Below are positions 45,315 to 55,721 of a stretch of 64,000 nucleotides of DNA, in pieces. A program made the position numbers and the translations under genes. Source of the stretch: a virus. Under the pieces are notes generated by a model. It was not told the origin of the DNA. It ran no database searches and worked only from the letters and a program-made list of their open reading frames with translations. The first letter of the stretch is position 1. Each line of letters opens with the position of its first letter. The stretch spans positions 82,165 through 146,164 of the IMG/VR virus record IMGVR_UViG_3300045125_000119, one strand, 5' to 3'.

Positions 45315-46190
45315 ATGCACGACGTACTTCTGAACCTGCCGAACAAGACCATTACCTGTCTCGACAAGGGCTTCGTCACTCTTGTCGATTCGATGCCACG
45401 TCTTGTGCCAGACGCTACAGCGGACTTTGCAATCGTTCAGGCCGCACGAGTTTCCTACGGCGACGGCACCAAAACTGTCAACGAAGACAAGGGGCTGATT
45501 CGCTATTTGATGCGACACCAGCACACTACGCCATTTGAAATGGTCGAGTTCAAATTCCATTGTAAAATGCCGATCTTTGTGGCCCGGCAGTGGATCAGAC
45601 ACCGTACCGCCAACGTCAACGAATTGTCGGCCCGGTACTCGGTGGTAAAAGACGATTTTTATCTGCCCGACACCGACAACATTCGCAAGCAGTCCAAGTC
45701 GAACAAACAGGGCGGCGACCAACAAATCGACCAGTTCACGGCCCAGGAGTTTCTTGCTTATTTGGACGAGTTGGCCGACTCTACATACGCTGAGTATCTC
45801 GACGCCATCGAGAAGGGCGTTACCAGAGAGCAGGCACGCATGGCCCTTCCGGTCAATTTGTACACGGAATGGTACTGGAAAATTGACTTGCACAACCTGT
45901 TGCACTTCTTGGGCCTGCGGTGCGACAGTCACGCACAATACGAAATTCGTGTTTTTGCTGACGCAATGTTGGATTTGATCCGCCCCATCGTTCCGGTCGC
46001 AATTGACGCATGGGAGGACTACGACCACATGCGTGGGGCTATCAAACTGACCCGACTGGAGATCGAATCGCTGTTGGGTGCCATCAGTGCGATCCCGGAA
46101 TTTACCGTTCCGGCTCTGAAAAGTGACAACAAACGTGAGCAAGCCGAGTGGGTCGAAAAGGCCGCAAAACTCGGCCTCAAGGTGCAGTGA
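45315..46190 (+). CDS. thyX: Flavin-dependent thymidylate synthase
   Basis: AARVSY, HTTPFE, PIFVARQWIRHRTANVNELSARY, HAQYEIR. Confidence 0.95.
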   Translation: MHDVLLNLPNKTITCLDKGFVTLVDSMPRLVPDATADFAIVQAARVSYGDGTKTVNEDKGLIRYLMRHQHTTPFEMVEFKFHCKMPIFVARQWIRHRTANVNELSARYSVVKDDFYLPDTDNIRKQSKSNKQGGDQQIDQFTAQEFLAYLDELADSTYAEYLDAIEKGVTREQARMALPVNLYTEWYWKIDLHNLLHFLGLRCDSHAQYEIRVFADAMLDLIRPIVPVAIDAWEDYDHMRGAIKLTRLEIESLLGAISAIPEFTVPALKSDNKREQAEWVEKAAKLGLKVQ

Positions 46191-46572
46191 TGACCAAACT
46201 CGATGATGCCTATTTTGACTGGTCGCAAGACGACACCTACAAAGAAAGATGGAGTCCTTCTACACCTTGCTTCACAAGTTGGAAAGCAAGTTTCAGAAGG
46301 ACGGCAAGAAGTTTTCTTTGACCGGACGCCACCACGATGATGACACCGATCCGGCGTCCGTATTTGACCTTTTTAGATATTGTGACCCCTATTTTTCCCC
46401 GTCGTTTGTTACACTGTACGTTTCGGCCCACATTAAGTTCGTCGGCCACAACAAGCGATGGGATATGTGGGACGATCAGTTTATGCCTTTCGATCAGGTC
46501 ACTTTCTCCAAAGGAGATGAATACATAACGGTGTACATCAGCAATATGAATTGACGGGGGAACATGGGGATA

Positions 46573-47261
46573 ATGTACTATTTCACCGAATATATGTTCG
46601 GTGACACGTTGCCGAGCGAGCAAAGCATTTTCATTCATTTGAAGCTGGATTTGCCCATTTGGTTGGATCGCATCACAAAGAAGAATACTACACTGATGTC
46701 ACTGTCGGGAACGTTTCTGCTGAAACTGTAATCTCGAACGGCGGCACGACAACTCAGACTTACACTTTGACTTATTCGACCGTGTACCCTGCTTCTTTGA
46801 CCGGTTCGATATACAAGCAACTCGGCGGCAGTCCGAATATTGGAACGGACACGCAAATTCAAACGTTCACCACCTCGGACGGTAGCGTGCTGTCTTTGTC
46901 CGACGTGGGATCGCCGTCTCCGAAAGTGTCTTCCGGTTCGATCAACATAGCGACTTCTTTGGTGACTGTTACTTTCAATGGAACACCGGCTTCTCCGTAT
47001 TATCTTTCTGTAAACTATTCTCACTCGTCCGGTTCCGGTGGGATAGATTCATTTGTCTCGGCACTTTTTGATCTTCCGGGTGTGATGGAACTTTCCATAA
47101 AGGCCAACCGTGTTTGGTTCATGAAGTCGCCCACATACGATTGGGACGATGTGTTGCCAAACGTGTTAGAAGTAATTCGACTTCAGTTGGGCCAAAGCAG
47201 CATTTCCGAACTGTCCGGCTCCGGCAACGTTGTGCTTGAAGATCAGCGTCGGACGCTATAA
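46573..47261 (+). CDS. Nfu/NifU N-terminal-like domain with Ser/Thr-rich beta insert; frameshifted
   Basis: FVSALFDLPGV...KSPTYDWDDVLPNV. Confidence 0.5.
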
Positions 47262-47268
47262 TTCTTGC

Positions 47269-48660
47269 ATGAGTCTAATCAGTGAATTCCTCGCACGAAA
47301 CGAGATGAAAAACATTCGCATCGCCATTGTGGGCGATGCGATGGTTGACAGAATACTACTACGTTTCGGTCAAACGTGTCTCGCCGGAATTCCCTATTCC
47401 GGTAATGCTCGCAGACAGTTTGTACCCAGATTACGCACTGCCGGGTGGGGCGGCAAATGTTGCCTACCAACTCAGGCACTTCAACGCTTCGGTTTCACTC
47501 AATTCTTTGATGGACCCGCAATCAGCGAAAATCTTCCAAACCGCCGGTCTGGACGTTCGTTCCGGGGTGGAAATGGCTGCGGGTTACGGACACGTTCCCC
47601 GCAAGCGGCGATTTTATAGCAAGGATTTTCCGCTTGTTAGATGGGACATCGAACTGCCTCAGTACGGAGTTGACGGCAGTCACTTGGAAGACTATCTCGC
47701 CAAGTTGATGGGACGAAAATTTGACGAAGATGTGGTGATTCTTTCGGACTACGACAAAGGTTTATTTTCTTTGGATTTTCAGTGCAACATTTTGAAGTCC
47801 GGTGCCATTACCGTCGTTGACCCCAAGAGCAAAAACATTGACAAGTGGCACGGCTGTTCTATTTTCAAGCCGAACTCGGTCGAGGCAGTAGCCCTCAGCG
47901 GTGAAACCCGTTGGGAGTTTCAGTGTGAATATTTCCGCAAAAGGCTGAACTGTGGTGCGGTAGTCATTACCCAAGAAGGTGACGGAGTTGTCGGTTGGTC
48001 CGACGGAAAAATGTTCGAGTACCGTCCCAAGGGGCGTGGCGTTCGGGCCGAAAGCGTCATTGGTGCCGGTGATTGTTTCGTCGCCATTATGAGTTTGGCG
48101 GTCGGTTTGGGGTTCTCTGTGCGGGAAGCGGCTGAGATTGCGTTCGAGGCCGGTTCCCTTTATGTCCGTCGCAAGCACAACGAACCAGTGACCCTCGTCA
48201 ACTGCGGCACAAGGACGACCCCGTGCAAGCCAAATTCGTTACCCCTCGTGAATTAAAGGGCAGTCCCGGCAAATTGGTGTTCACGAACGGTTGTTTTGAC
48301 ATTCTGCACGCCGGACACCTCAGCACGCTGAATTTTGCTAAGTCTAAAGGCGACCGTCTTGTAGTGGCCGTTAACAGTGATGCCAGCGTCAGTCGCCTCA
48401 AACCGGGGCGTCCGTTTACTGCTTTGGAAGATCGAATGAGGTTGCTCGCCTCGTTGGAAATAGTGGATTATGTCGTTTCGTTTGAAGAGGACAATCCGAA
48501 ACGATTGATCGAAGAGGTGCAACCCGATGTGTTGGTCAAAGGCGGCGATTACGTTCCGCAAGACATCATCGGGTCCGATTTAGTTGAAGAGGTTTACGCC
48601 GCTCCGTTGGTGGCAGATTTGTCTACCACCAACTTGGTCGAGCGGATCAAGAACAGTTGA
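47269..48660 (+). CDS. hldE: Bifunctional ADP-heptose synthase (PfkB kinase plus adenylyltransferase); frameshifted
   Basis: [37 protein letters not shown]; [20 protein letters not shown]. Confidence 0.9.
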
Positions 48661-48876
48661 TTACTTGCAGCACTTGACGCACTTGCAACCGTCGCAGCAC
48701 TTTTTGTCTGCCACACACTTGCAGTCTTCACACTTGCAGTCCGGGCAACAAACGCACTTCTTGACAGGGCAGCAGGCTCCACACTTCTTTGCAGCCGGGC
48801 AGAAGAAGTGGAAAGCGCCTACGACGAGGGCGAGGGCCAGAACGCAGCCGACGAAACATTTAGCGATACACCACAT
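48661..48876 (-). CDS. Metallothionein-like Cys-rich small membrane or secreted protein
   Basis: 20 Cys in 71 aa; hydrophobic N-terminus; GCTAAATA motif and AAGGAG Shine-Dalgarno. Confidence 0.6.
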   Translation of the reverse strand: MWCIAKCFVGCVLALALVVGAFHFFCPAAKKCGACCPVKKCVCCPDCKCEDCKCVADKKCCDGCKCVKCCK

Positions 48877-48942
48877 AATATTGCTCCTTGTTCCAGATAT
48901 TTAGCGTCTGGATACGCATTGCAACTATATGTATGATAGCGT

Positions 48943-49229
48943 ATGGCAAAAAAACGTTACACAAAAAAGCAATGTCGCAAGAGATTTGACGGGAAGTGCT
49001 TTTTCTGTGGTGTTTCCGAGTACGAATTGCTTGACGGACCACCGCATTTTCGAGGGTCAGGACGGTGGCACTTACGACTGGAACAACATTTTGACAACCT
49101 GTGCTTTGTGTCACAGAAAGTGTCACACCGGTATCATCAAAGATTTTGGGCAAGCACCCTTCTTCTTCCGGCCGGTGGATGGTTCATTACATTGACGAAA
49201 ACGGCGAAGAAAAGTGGGTCGCCAACTAA
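48943..49229 (+). CDS. Small HNH protein; frameshifted
   Basis: CFFC, HRI..G.DGGTY..NN...CALCHRKCH. Confidence 0.7.
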
Positions 49230-49237
49230 ATATTCCC

Positions 49238-49432
49238 ATGAAGACGTTCGCTCAGTTTCTCGCCGAAAAAGAGAAGATATTCACCACGTTCTCTGGGCAG
49301 TCGCCGGGCAAGGCGATGGCTTCCGTGGTTCGTCCCGCCCGCCCGGTGAAACCTTTCTCTGGAATCAACGTTGCCAAAATCTTCTCGAAAGATGGTCCGG
49401 CCCGACAATCTCCTGGCGTTATGGGAAAGTGA
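49238..49432 (+). CDS. Small putative head-internal protein
   Basis: ACTAAATA-N5-ATG; starts MKTFAQFLAE. Confidence 0.6.
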   Translation: MKTFAQFLAEKEKIFTTFSGQSPGKAMASVVRPARPVKPFSGINVAKIFSKDGPARQSPGVMGK

Positions 49433-49447
49433 TTACTCCGTTAAAGC

Positions 49448-50011
49448 ATGACCAATACCGGCGACGGCCTTTCCGTTCTGATTCTTTGCGATTACATCCC
49501 AATCCACAATTGGATGACTTTTGCCTGTTGGTACAGTCTGTCCAAAATCTTACCGGACTCCAAGATCGGCATTATGTGTAACCGACGGCCGGTCACTTGG
49601 CAAATGTTCGACTGGACACGCAGGTTGCGGGTGAACATGCAAATTCACGCTCCTTTGACGAAAGAGCAGAATATTTCCAAAGCATTGGCGGGTTCTTTTT
49701 ATTCCAAACCGCTTTTGGTTCTTGAGCCAAATATCTTGGCAATTCGTGATCTGGAAAACCTAGAAGGCGTTCAAGAGGTTACTGACGTTGCTTCTTCCGA
49801 TTTATGTTCTGACGTGCGTGGTGATAAAATGTCGCCATTCGTGAGCTATAGTGATGGGTGGGGAAACTTTGTTGTGTCGTCGTGGATAAATAGGGCGGGT
49901 TCTCCTTTTCGACACAAGTTTGGGCGGGAGAACATGACGGTTAACGAGGTCCGGGTCGAAAGATTATGGGGCCAGTTGGCAACTGTTTTTCAAACTGTAT
50001 CGAGAGGATAA
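49448..50011 (+). CDS. Hypothetical protein
   Basis: 187-aa ORF. Confidence 0.55.
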   Translation: MTNTGDGLSVLILCDYIPIHNWMTFACWYSLSKILPDSKIGIMCNRRPVTWQMFDWTRRLRVNMQIHAPLTKEQNISKALAGSFYSKPLLVLEPNILAIRDLENLEGVQEVTDVASSDLCSDVRGDKMSPFVSYSDGWGNFVVSSWINRAGSPFRHKFGRENMTVNEVRVERLWGQLATVFQTVSRG

Positions 50012-50012
50012 C

Positions 50013-50321
50013 ATGAGAAGATTCGATTACGACGATAACGAAGAACATCGGGAAGAGGTTGACCGGTTTTTCGGCGGCGAGCCGGAAGACGACGCCGAAT
50101 TCCTCACTCCAGAAGAGTACAAGTCGTTCATTGACGAAAACCGTGAACTTCAGCGTGCTTCTTTCGATCTGGCCGTCCGGGATGTTGAGGACCGATTTCT
50201 GTTCCGCATCGTAAAAATGCTTGAGCGTAGTTTCTGGTGGCGATTTTATTCTCACGAAACTCGCATGAAGATGATCGAAAAGACCTACAAACGAATGAAA
50301 AGAATTTCCGAAAAAGGGTGA
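50013..50321 (+). CDS. Hypothetical protein
   Basis: 102-aa ORF with GAGG Shine-Dalgarno. Confidence 0.55.
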   Translation: MRRFDYDDNEEHREEVDRFFGGEPEDDAEFLTPEEYKSFIDENRELQRASFDLAVRDVEDRFLFRIVKMLERSFWWRFYSHETRMKMIEKTYKRMKRISEKG

Positions 50322-50324
50322 ATA

Positions 50325-50666
50325 ATGCCAAGTTACGATTTTCAATGCAAGAAGTGTGACAACACCTACGAGGTGTTTTTGTCGCTGAAAGAGTGTGACA
50401 ACACGAAGGGCATTAAGTGCCCTTCGTGCAAGTCCAAGTCGAAGGTCCGGCTGTTTGGCGTCCCGAACATAAAGTTTGCCAACCCAAGGGAAAGCAGTAG
50501 GTGGGACAATTTCTCCTACCGAGCGGGCAAAACAATGGAAGAGGCCCAAGAGTGCCGCCGGAATGCCGAAGAAAAATCCCACGTCGGGCCTAATCCGTAT
50601 GGCGATTACAACGCCCAGGTCGCCGCCGACATCAACAACGACGCCAATTGGGGCGAGGTCAAATAG
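50325..50666 (+). CDS. FmdB-family zinc-ribbon protein
   Basis: MPSYDFQCKKC...CPSC. Confidence 0.85.
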   Translation: MPSYDFQCKKCDNTYEVFLSLKECDNTKGIKCPSCKSKSKVRLFGVPNIKFANPRESSRWDNFSYRAGKTMEEAQECRRNAEEKSHVGPNPYGDYNAQVAADINNDANWGEVK

Positions 50667-51456
50667 TATCGGTTGGATCGGATTCAGTTTCGATGGTGCG
50701 GCCTTTGGGCGTAGGGAAAAGGTCGCACTCCATTTCTTGGCTCCACCCCTCGGCCCCTAAAGCTTCTTTCAACGCCTTGACATATTCAGGGTTTTGGTGG
50801 TCCGGGTGTTCCTTATAATTGCTCTCGAAAACGTGGAAGCAGTTCTGGTTCCTCATCGCCCCAATAAACAATTCTGTAAACCACAACCCGACCCCGCCGT
50901 GATTGACGGTCGAGGTTATGTAACATTTTCCAGTTGACCCCAAACACGGCCACAAGACCTTCCAGTGCCATTCCATCCTGGGGATGAAAGCCGCTTCGTC
51001 AATTACCATGTGAGTGCATGGGTGACTGCGACAGCCTTCGGGGTTGGTGAAAATAATGTGACTTTTTGTTCCTGCAAATTCTTTGTGCCGCCGATTGTTT
51101 GTGGGTCATTCTTGGCTGCATCCATTCGGGCAGCATTTTCAACAAAAGGCTGAACGTTTCGGACCACCATTCTGATTCGTGTTTCGTTTTGCTCACCCAG
51201 AGAATTTTCTTCTGTTCGTGGAACAAACACTGCCAAACACAGTAGTTCATGTGGGTGGTAGACAGCCGCTGCTCTCCATTTTTTCGATATCACGAACCTG
51301 TTGTCATTGAGTTCTTCAACAAGTCGCTTCTGCCACGGCTGCAACGTGAGACGGAACGTACCCCTTCAAAGGGTGCAGCAATTTAATGTAGTTCGCACAA
51401 AAATAATCAAAACTTTCGCAGCACTTGATGACTTCTTCTGCTTGAGTTCTCAACAT
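50659..51456 (-). CDS. Stand-alone T4 gp17-like terminase ATPase domain; frameshifted
   Basis: YFCANYIKLLHP, PWQ, KWR, LPEWM, VIDEAAFI, ITSTVN, WSQEMEC.F, then a stop. Confidence 0.75.
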
Positions 51457-51609
51457 ATAATTCCTTCCAATTAAGCAGCCGCCCAATTGCGGCCATCGTA
51501 TTGATGTAGTTGGGCAAAAATATTTGCAGAATATTTTAAGGCTGCTCTTGAACGAGAATATTTGGAAGGGTATATTGCCGCTCACGTCGGTCCAAATAAA
51601 AGGAACCAT

Positions 51610-53702
51610 ATGGAATCCGTCACCGAGGGGAAGATGAATCAACTCAAGAGAATCACCAGTCTTTTTGACCGGAACAAGTTCCGTTCGTTGAATTCCGAGA
51701 TGAGCATGGCCGAGTACATCGACCTGTGCTTGAAGCAGCCCAAGCTGGGTCGCAACTCGTGGCAGATGATTTACGACATGATTATGGAGAAGGGTTACTC
51801 CACGTTCGAGGAGTATCGTAAAACTTACACCCACTACAACTTCTTCGATGACGAGGAAATCCCCATCGTCGGCCTCTCCGAGATGAAGGACTCTTTGGTC
51901 AAATTCATCAAGGGTGCCGCCGGTCACTACGGTACGGAAAAACGTGTGCTGTTGCTGCACGGGCCGGTGGGTAGCGCCAAGTCCACAACCTGCCGCTTGT
52001 TGAAGCGTGGTTTGGAGCGGTACAGCCACACGGACAGTGGGGCGTGGTACACGTTCAAGTGGGTCGGCCTGCCGACCGGACAGGACGGCATTTACACCAG
52101 CGACGAGTGCGAATCTCCTTTGCACGAGAACCCGCTGAAGCTGTTGCCGAACGAACTGCGTCAGCAGGTTTTGGCGGAAATGAATGCCGCCATGATCGAG
52201 CAGACCCCAGAAGAAAAGCGGGCGGAACTTTACACCTCAAGTGCGACGGCGATTTGAACCCCGCTGCAAGTTCTTCATGAACGAACTGCTGCGTCGGTAC
52301 AACGGCGACCTTGAACGGGTTCTAGAAAAGCACATCAAGGTCGTTCGGAAGACTTACAGCGAAGCCGACCGGGTTGGCATCGCCACTTTCCAGCCGAAGG
52401 ACGAGAAGAACCAAGACTCGACGGAGTTGACTGGCGACATCAACTTCCGACAGATCGCAAACTTCGGTTCGGACAGCGACCCTCGTGCGCTTCAACTTCG
52501 ACGGCGAGTTCTGCGTCGGCAACCGGGGCATGATCGAGTTCATCGAAGCCCTCAAGTTGGAAGTGGCTTTCTTGTACGACCTGTTGGGTGCCTCGCAGGA
52601 ACAGTGCATCAAGCCGAAGAAGTTCGCTCAGGTCATGATTGATGAGGCGATCTTCGCACACACCAACACGGCCGAATACGAGAAGCTAAAGAGCAACCAG
52701 TATATGGAGGCTCTGCGTGACCGCACGGTGAAGATCAACGTTCCTTACACCCTCAAGTGGCAAGAGGAAATTGAGATTCTTGAAAAGGACTACGGTCCCG
52801 ACAAGGTGCGTCAGCACGTCGCCCCTCACACGCTGGAAATTGCGGCCCTTTGGTCGGTCCTCACCCGCTTGCAGGACGACAAGGACGGCAAGTTGTCTCT
52901 CGTGGAGAAGGCCGAGCTTTATAACGGCAAGTTGCTCGCCGGGTGGACCGAAGACTCGGTGAAGGAGTTGAAGGACAAGTACCCCGAAGAGGGGATGGCT
53001 GCGGGCGTGTCGGTGCGATACGTTCAGGACAAGATTTCCAACTGTCTCTCGAACAACCACGAATATGTGAATATGTTCATGGTTTTGAACGAGTTGCGTG
53101 ACGGCCTGTACGACTCTTCCTTGCTCGACAAGGAAAAGATCGGTCGGTACACGACCTGCATCGACTTGGCCCTCAAGAAGCTGACGGAAATTCTCAAGCA
53201 CGAGGTTCAGAAGGCGTTGGTCGGCGACGAAGACGCAATCATCCGGCTCTGCACCAACTACATCGACAACGTGATGGCTTACATCAACAAGTCGAAGGTG
53301 AAGAACAAGATCACCGGACAGGATCAGAAGCCCGACGAACGTCTCATGCGTGCCGTCGAAGAGAAGATCGAAATCCCCGAACAGGGGAGCGACGACTTCC
53401 GCCGTCAGATCGCCGCCTTCATCGGCGACTTGGCCCACAAGAAGAAGGAATTCAAGTGGGACAGCAACCCGAAGCTGAAGAAGGCTTTGGAAATGAAGCT
53501 GTTCGAGGACGTGAAGGACACGATCAAGTTGAGTGCCCTCAACGTCAGCGGGGCCAGCGTGGTGGACAAGGACATTCAGGAGAAGATCGACGCCCTGAAG
53601 TCCCGACTCATCAAGCAGTACGGTTACAACGAACGTTCGGCCACCGACGTTCTCGACTTCGTGGGCGGCATCTTCGCCCGTGGCGATCTTGCCGACGAGT
53701 AA
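51610..53702 (+). CDS. prkA: PrkA/YeaG AAA+ protein; frameshifted
   Basis: LLLHGPVGSAKST, DEKNQDSTELTG, GSDSDPRA, FDGEF..GNRG.IEF, HTN, EALRDR. Confidence 0.92.
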
Positions 53703-53758
53703 TCTTGTTTCAACGGGCGACGGAATTGGCCGTCGCCCGATTTCCAACCACTAACCAC

Positions 53759-54499
53759 ATGACCACATATACACTACCTAAAACCAAACTTTGTAAAGAC
53801 GCCTGCGGACTTGTGAAGCTTTGGGAAGAGTTCAATTGTTCAAGAGGCTACGACGGCAAGCACAAATATTGCGTAGTTTGCCATAGATTGCGACACCAAT
53901 CTCTGTGCTTGGCCGCTAAAGAGAAGGTTATTCTGGTCGAGAAGCTTGGCGAAAAGCTGTGCCGAAGGCGATACGGATGCCGATTGTCGAAGCCGTCTTC
54001 AGGGAATTGGTAGATGAATATCTTGTATCAATTGGCCTGCCAAAGAGATTCAACCAGATTCCCCACAAAAAGTCTGTCGGAAAAAGGTTGTCGCAAAAAC
54101 CAGACCGGCTCCGATTTTAAGTTTTGATTTGATTTCAAATGAGTCGAAAGCGAAGTTGTCTGAAGTCAAGGTAAAAGCATCGAGAAGAGTTGAGCCAACT
54201 GGACAACAAGCAATGCACGTTGAAAGAGGGATTTGTTTCATGTGATAAGCAACCCAGCGGCCGAAAGCGTTGAAAATAGGTGGAACACTCGATTACGAGA
54301 ACAGAACAAACACCTATCAGACCTATGACCCTTACCGGCAATATAAGATCGAAGCCGCATGGTATTTCCCCGACAGGAAGAAGTCTGAACAGGATATTCA
54401 GTATTTGCTAGACAGTAAAAGGATATACGACGAAGGGAATGGTTCGAGATATCCTTGCAAGAAGCAACATTAGTTGTCGAACAATATAATCGGAGCCAA
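53759..54499 (+). CDS. T5orf172/MUG113-like GIY-YIG protein with N-terminal zinc ribbon; frameshifted
   Basis: CKDACG..CVVC; KIGGT..YQTYDP.R.Y..E..EWF. Confidence 0.6.
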
Positions 54500-55721
54500 A
54501 TGCCACGCAGAATTGAAGAAGACCACAAGGACTTTCGTGACGTTGTTTCCGGTCGTATTCGGAAAGCGTTGAAAAAGTTCATCAAATCCGGCCAGATCGT
54601 TCGTGGTCGTGGGAAGAACGGAAAGATATCCATTTCCATCCCCAAGATCGACATCCCCCACATCGTTTACGGCGACAAAGAAGACGGTGTGGGCCGTGGG
54701 CCGGGTAAGGACGGCGACGTAATCGGCAAAGACCCGCAAGGGGGTCAAGGCAACGGTGCCGGGCAAGGAGAATCCGAGGGCATTACCATCACCCTCGATC
54801 TTGATGAAGTGTTGAAGTTTATGCAGGACGAACTGGCCCTGCCGAACCTCAAGCCGAAACCGAACGAGACGTTTGAAGACGTAAAAATCAAGTACAACAA
54901 TATCAGCCTGATCGGGCCGGAGTCGCTTCGCCACAACCGGCGAACGTTCCTTCAGGCCATCAAGCGACAGGCGAGCATGGGCACGCTCAACGACTTGCAC
55001 GTTGTACCCGGCAGCAAAGACCCGCAGCGCATCATTACCCCGTGGGACGTGGACAAGCGATACCGTCCAGTACAACGAAATTCGCATCCCTTCCAGTAAC
55101 GCCCTTATCGTTTACGCCCGTGACGGTTCGGGGTCTATGGACGCCACGAAATGCGACATCGTTTCGGACATGGCGTGGTGGATCGACGTGTGGATTCGTC
55201 GTTTCTACAAGCGGACGGAACGCATGTACGTTTGGCACGACACCGCCGCAATGGAAGTGGACGAGGAAAAATTCTACAAGTACCGGTTCGGCGGCGGCAC
55301 TACCTGTAGCACCGCCCTCAAGTTCATCGAGAAGCAGTTCGAGAATCGGTTCCCGCCGGACAAGTGGAACGTTTACATTTTCTACTTCTCGGACGGAGAA
55401 AACTGGAACGACGACAATCAGGTGTTCATCGACACGCTGAAAAATGCGTTCCCGGCCCACGTCGTCAACTTTACCGGAATCACGCAGATCATGGCGTATT
55501 CCTACGAAGGCAGTTTGAAACAAATTGTCGATGTTGCCATCAAGGACGGCAAGCTCGACAAGGAACTTGTCCGAACCGTTAGTGTCGGCAACGAATCGCC
55601 AGCCGCACCGGGCAGTTGGAGCGTGCCGACGTTGAGCGAAGAACAGAGAAACGAACAGATTTTGAAGGCCATTAAGGTGCTGCTGGGAGCCAAGCCGTCT
55701 GACAAAAAGGAGTCCGAGTAA
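54500..55721 (+). CDS. yeaH: YeaH/YhbH (DUF444) vWA-like protein; frameshifted
   Basis: IPKIDIPHI.YG, ELALPNL, DGSGSM, GGGTTCS, WNVYIFYFSDGEN. Confidence 0.88.

Noticed and set aside
52686-53747. Long antisense ORFs (also 30930-31862, 31948-32907, 45270-46142, 16136-17110)
   Set aside because: They are shadows of highly codon-biased sense genes and show no motifs.
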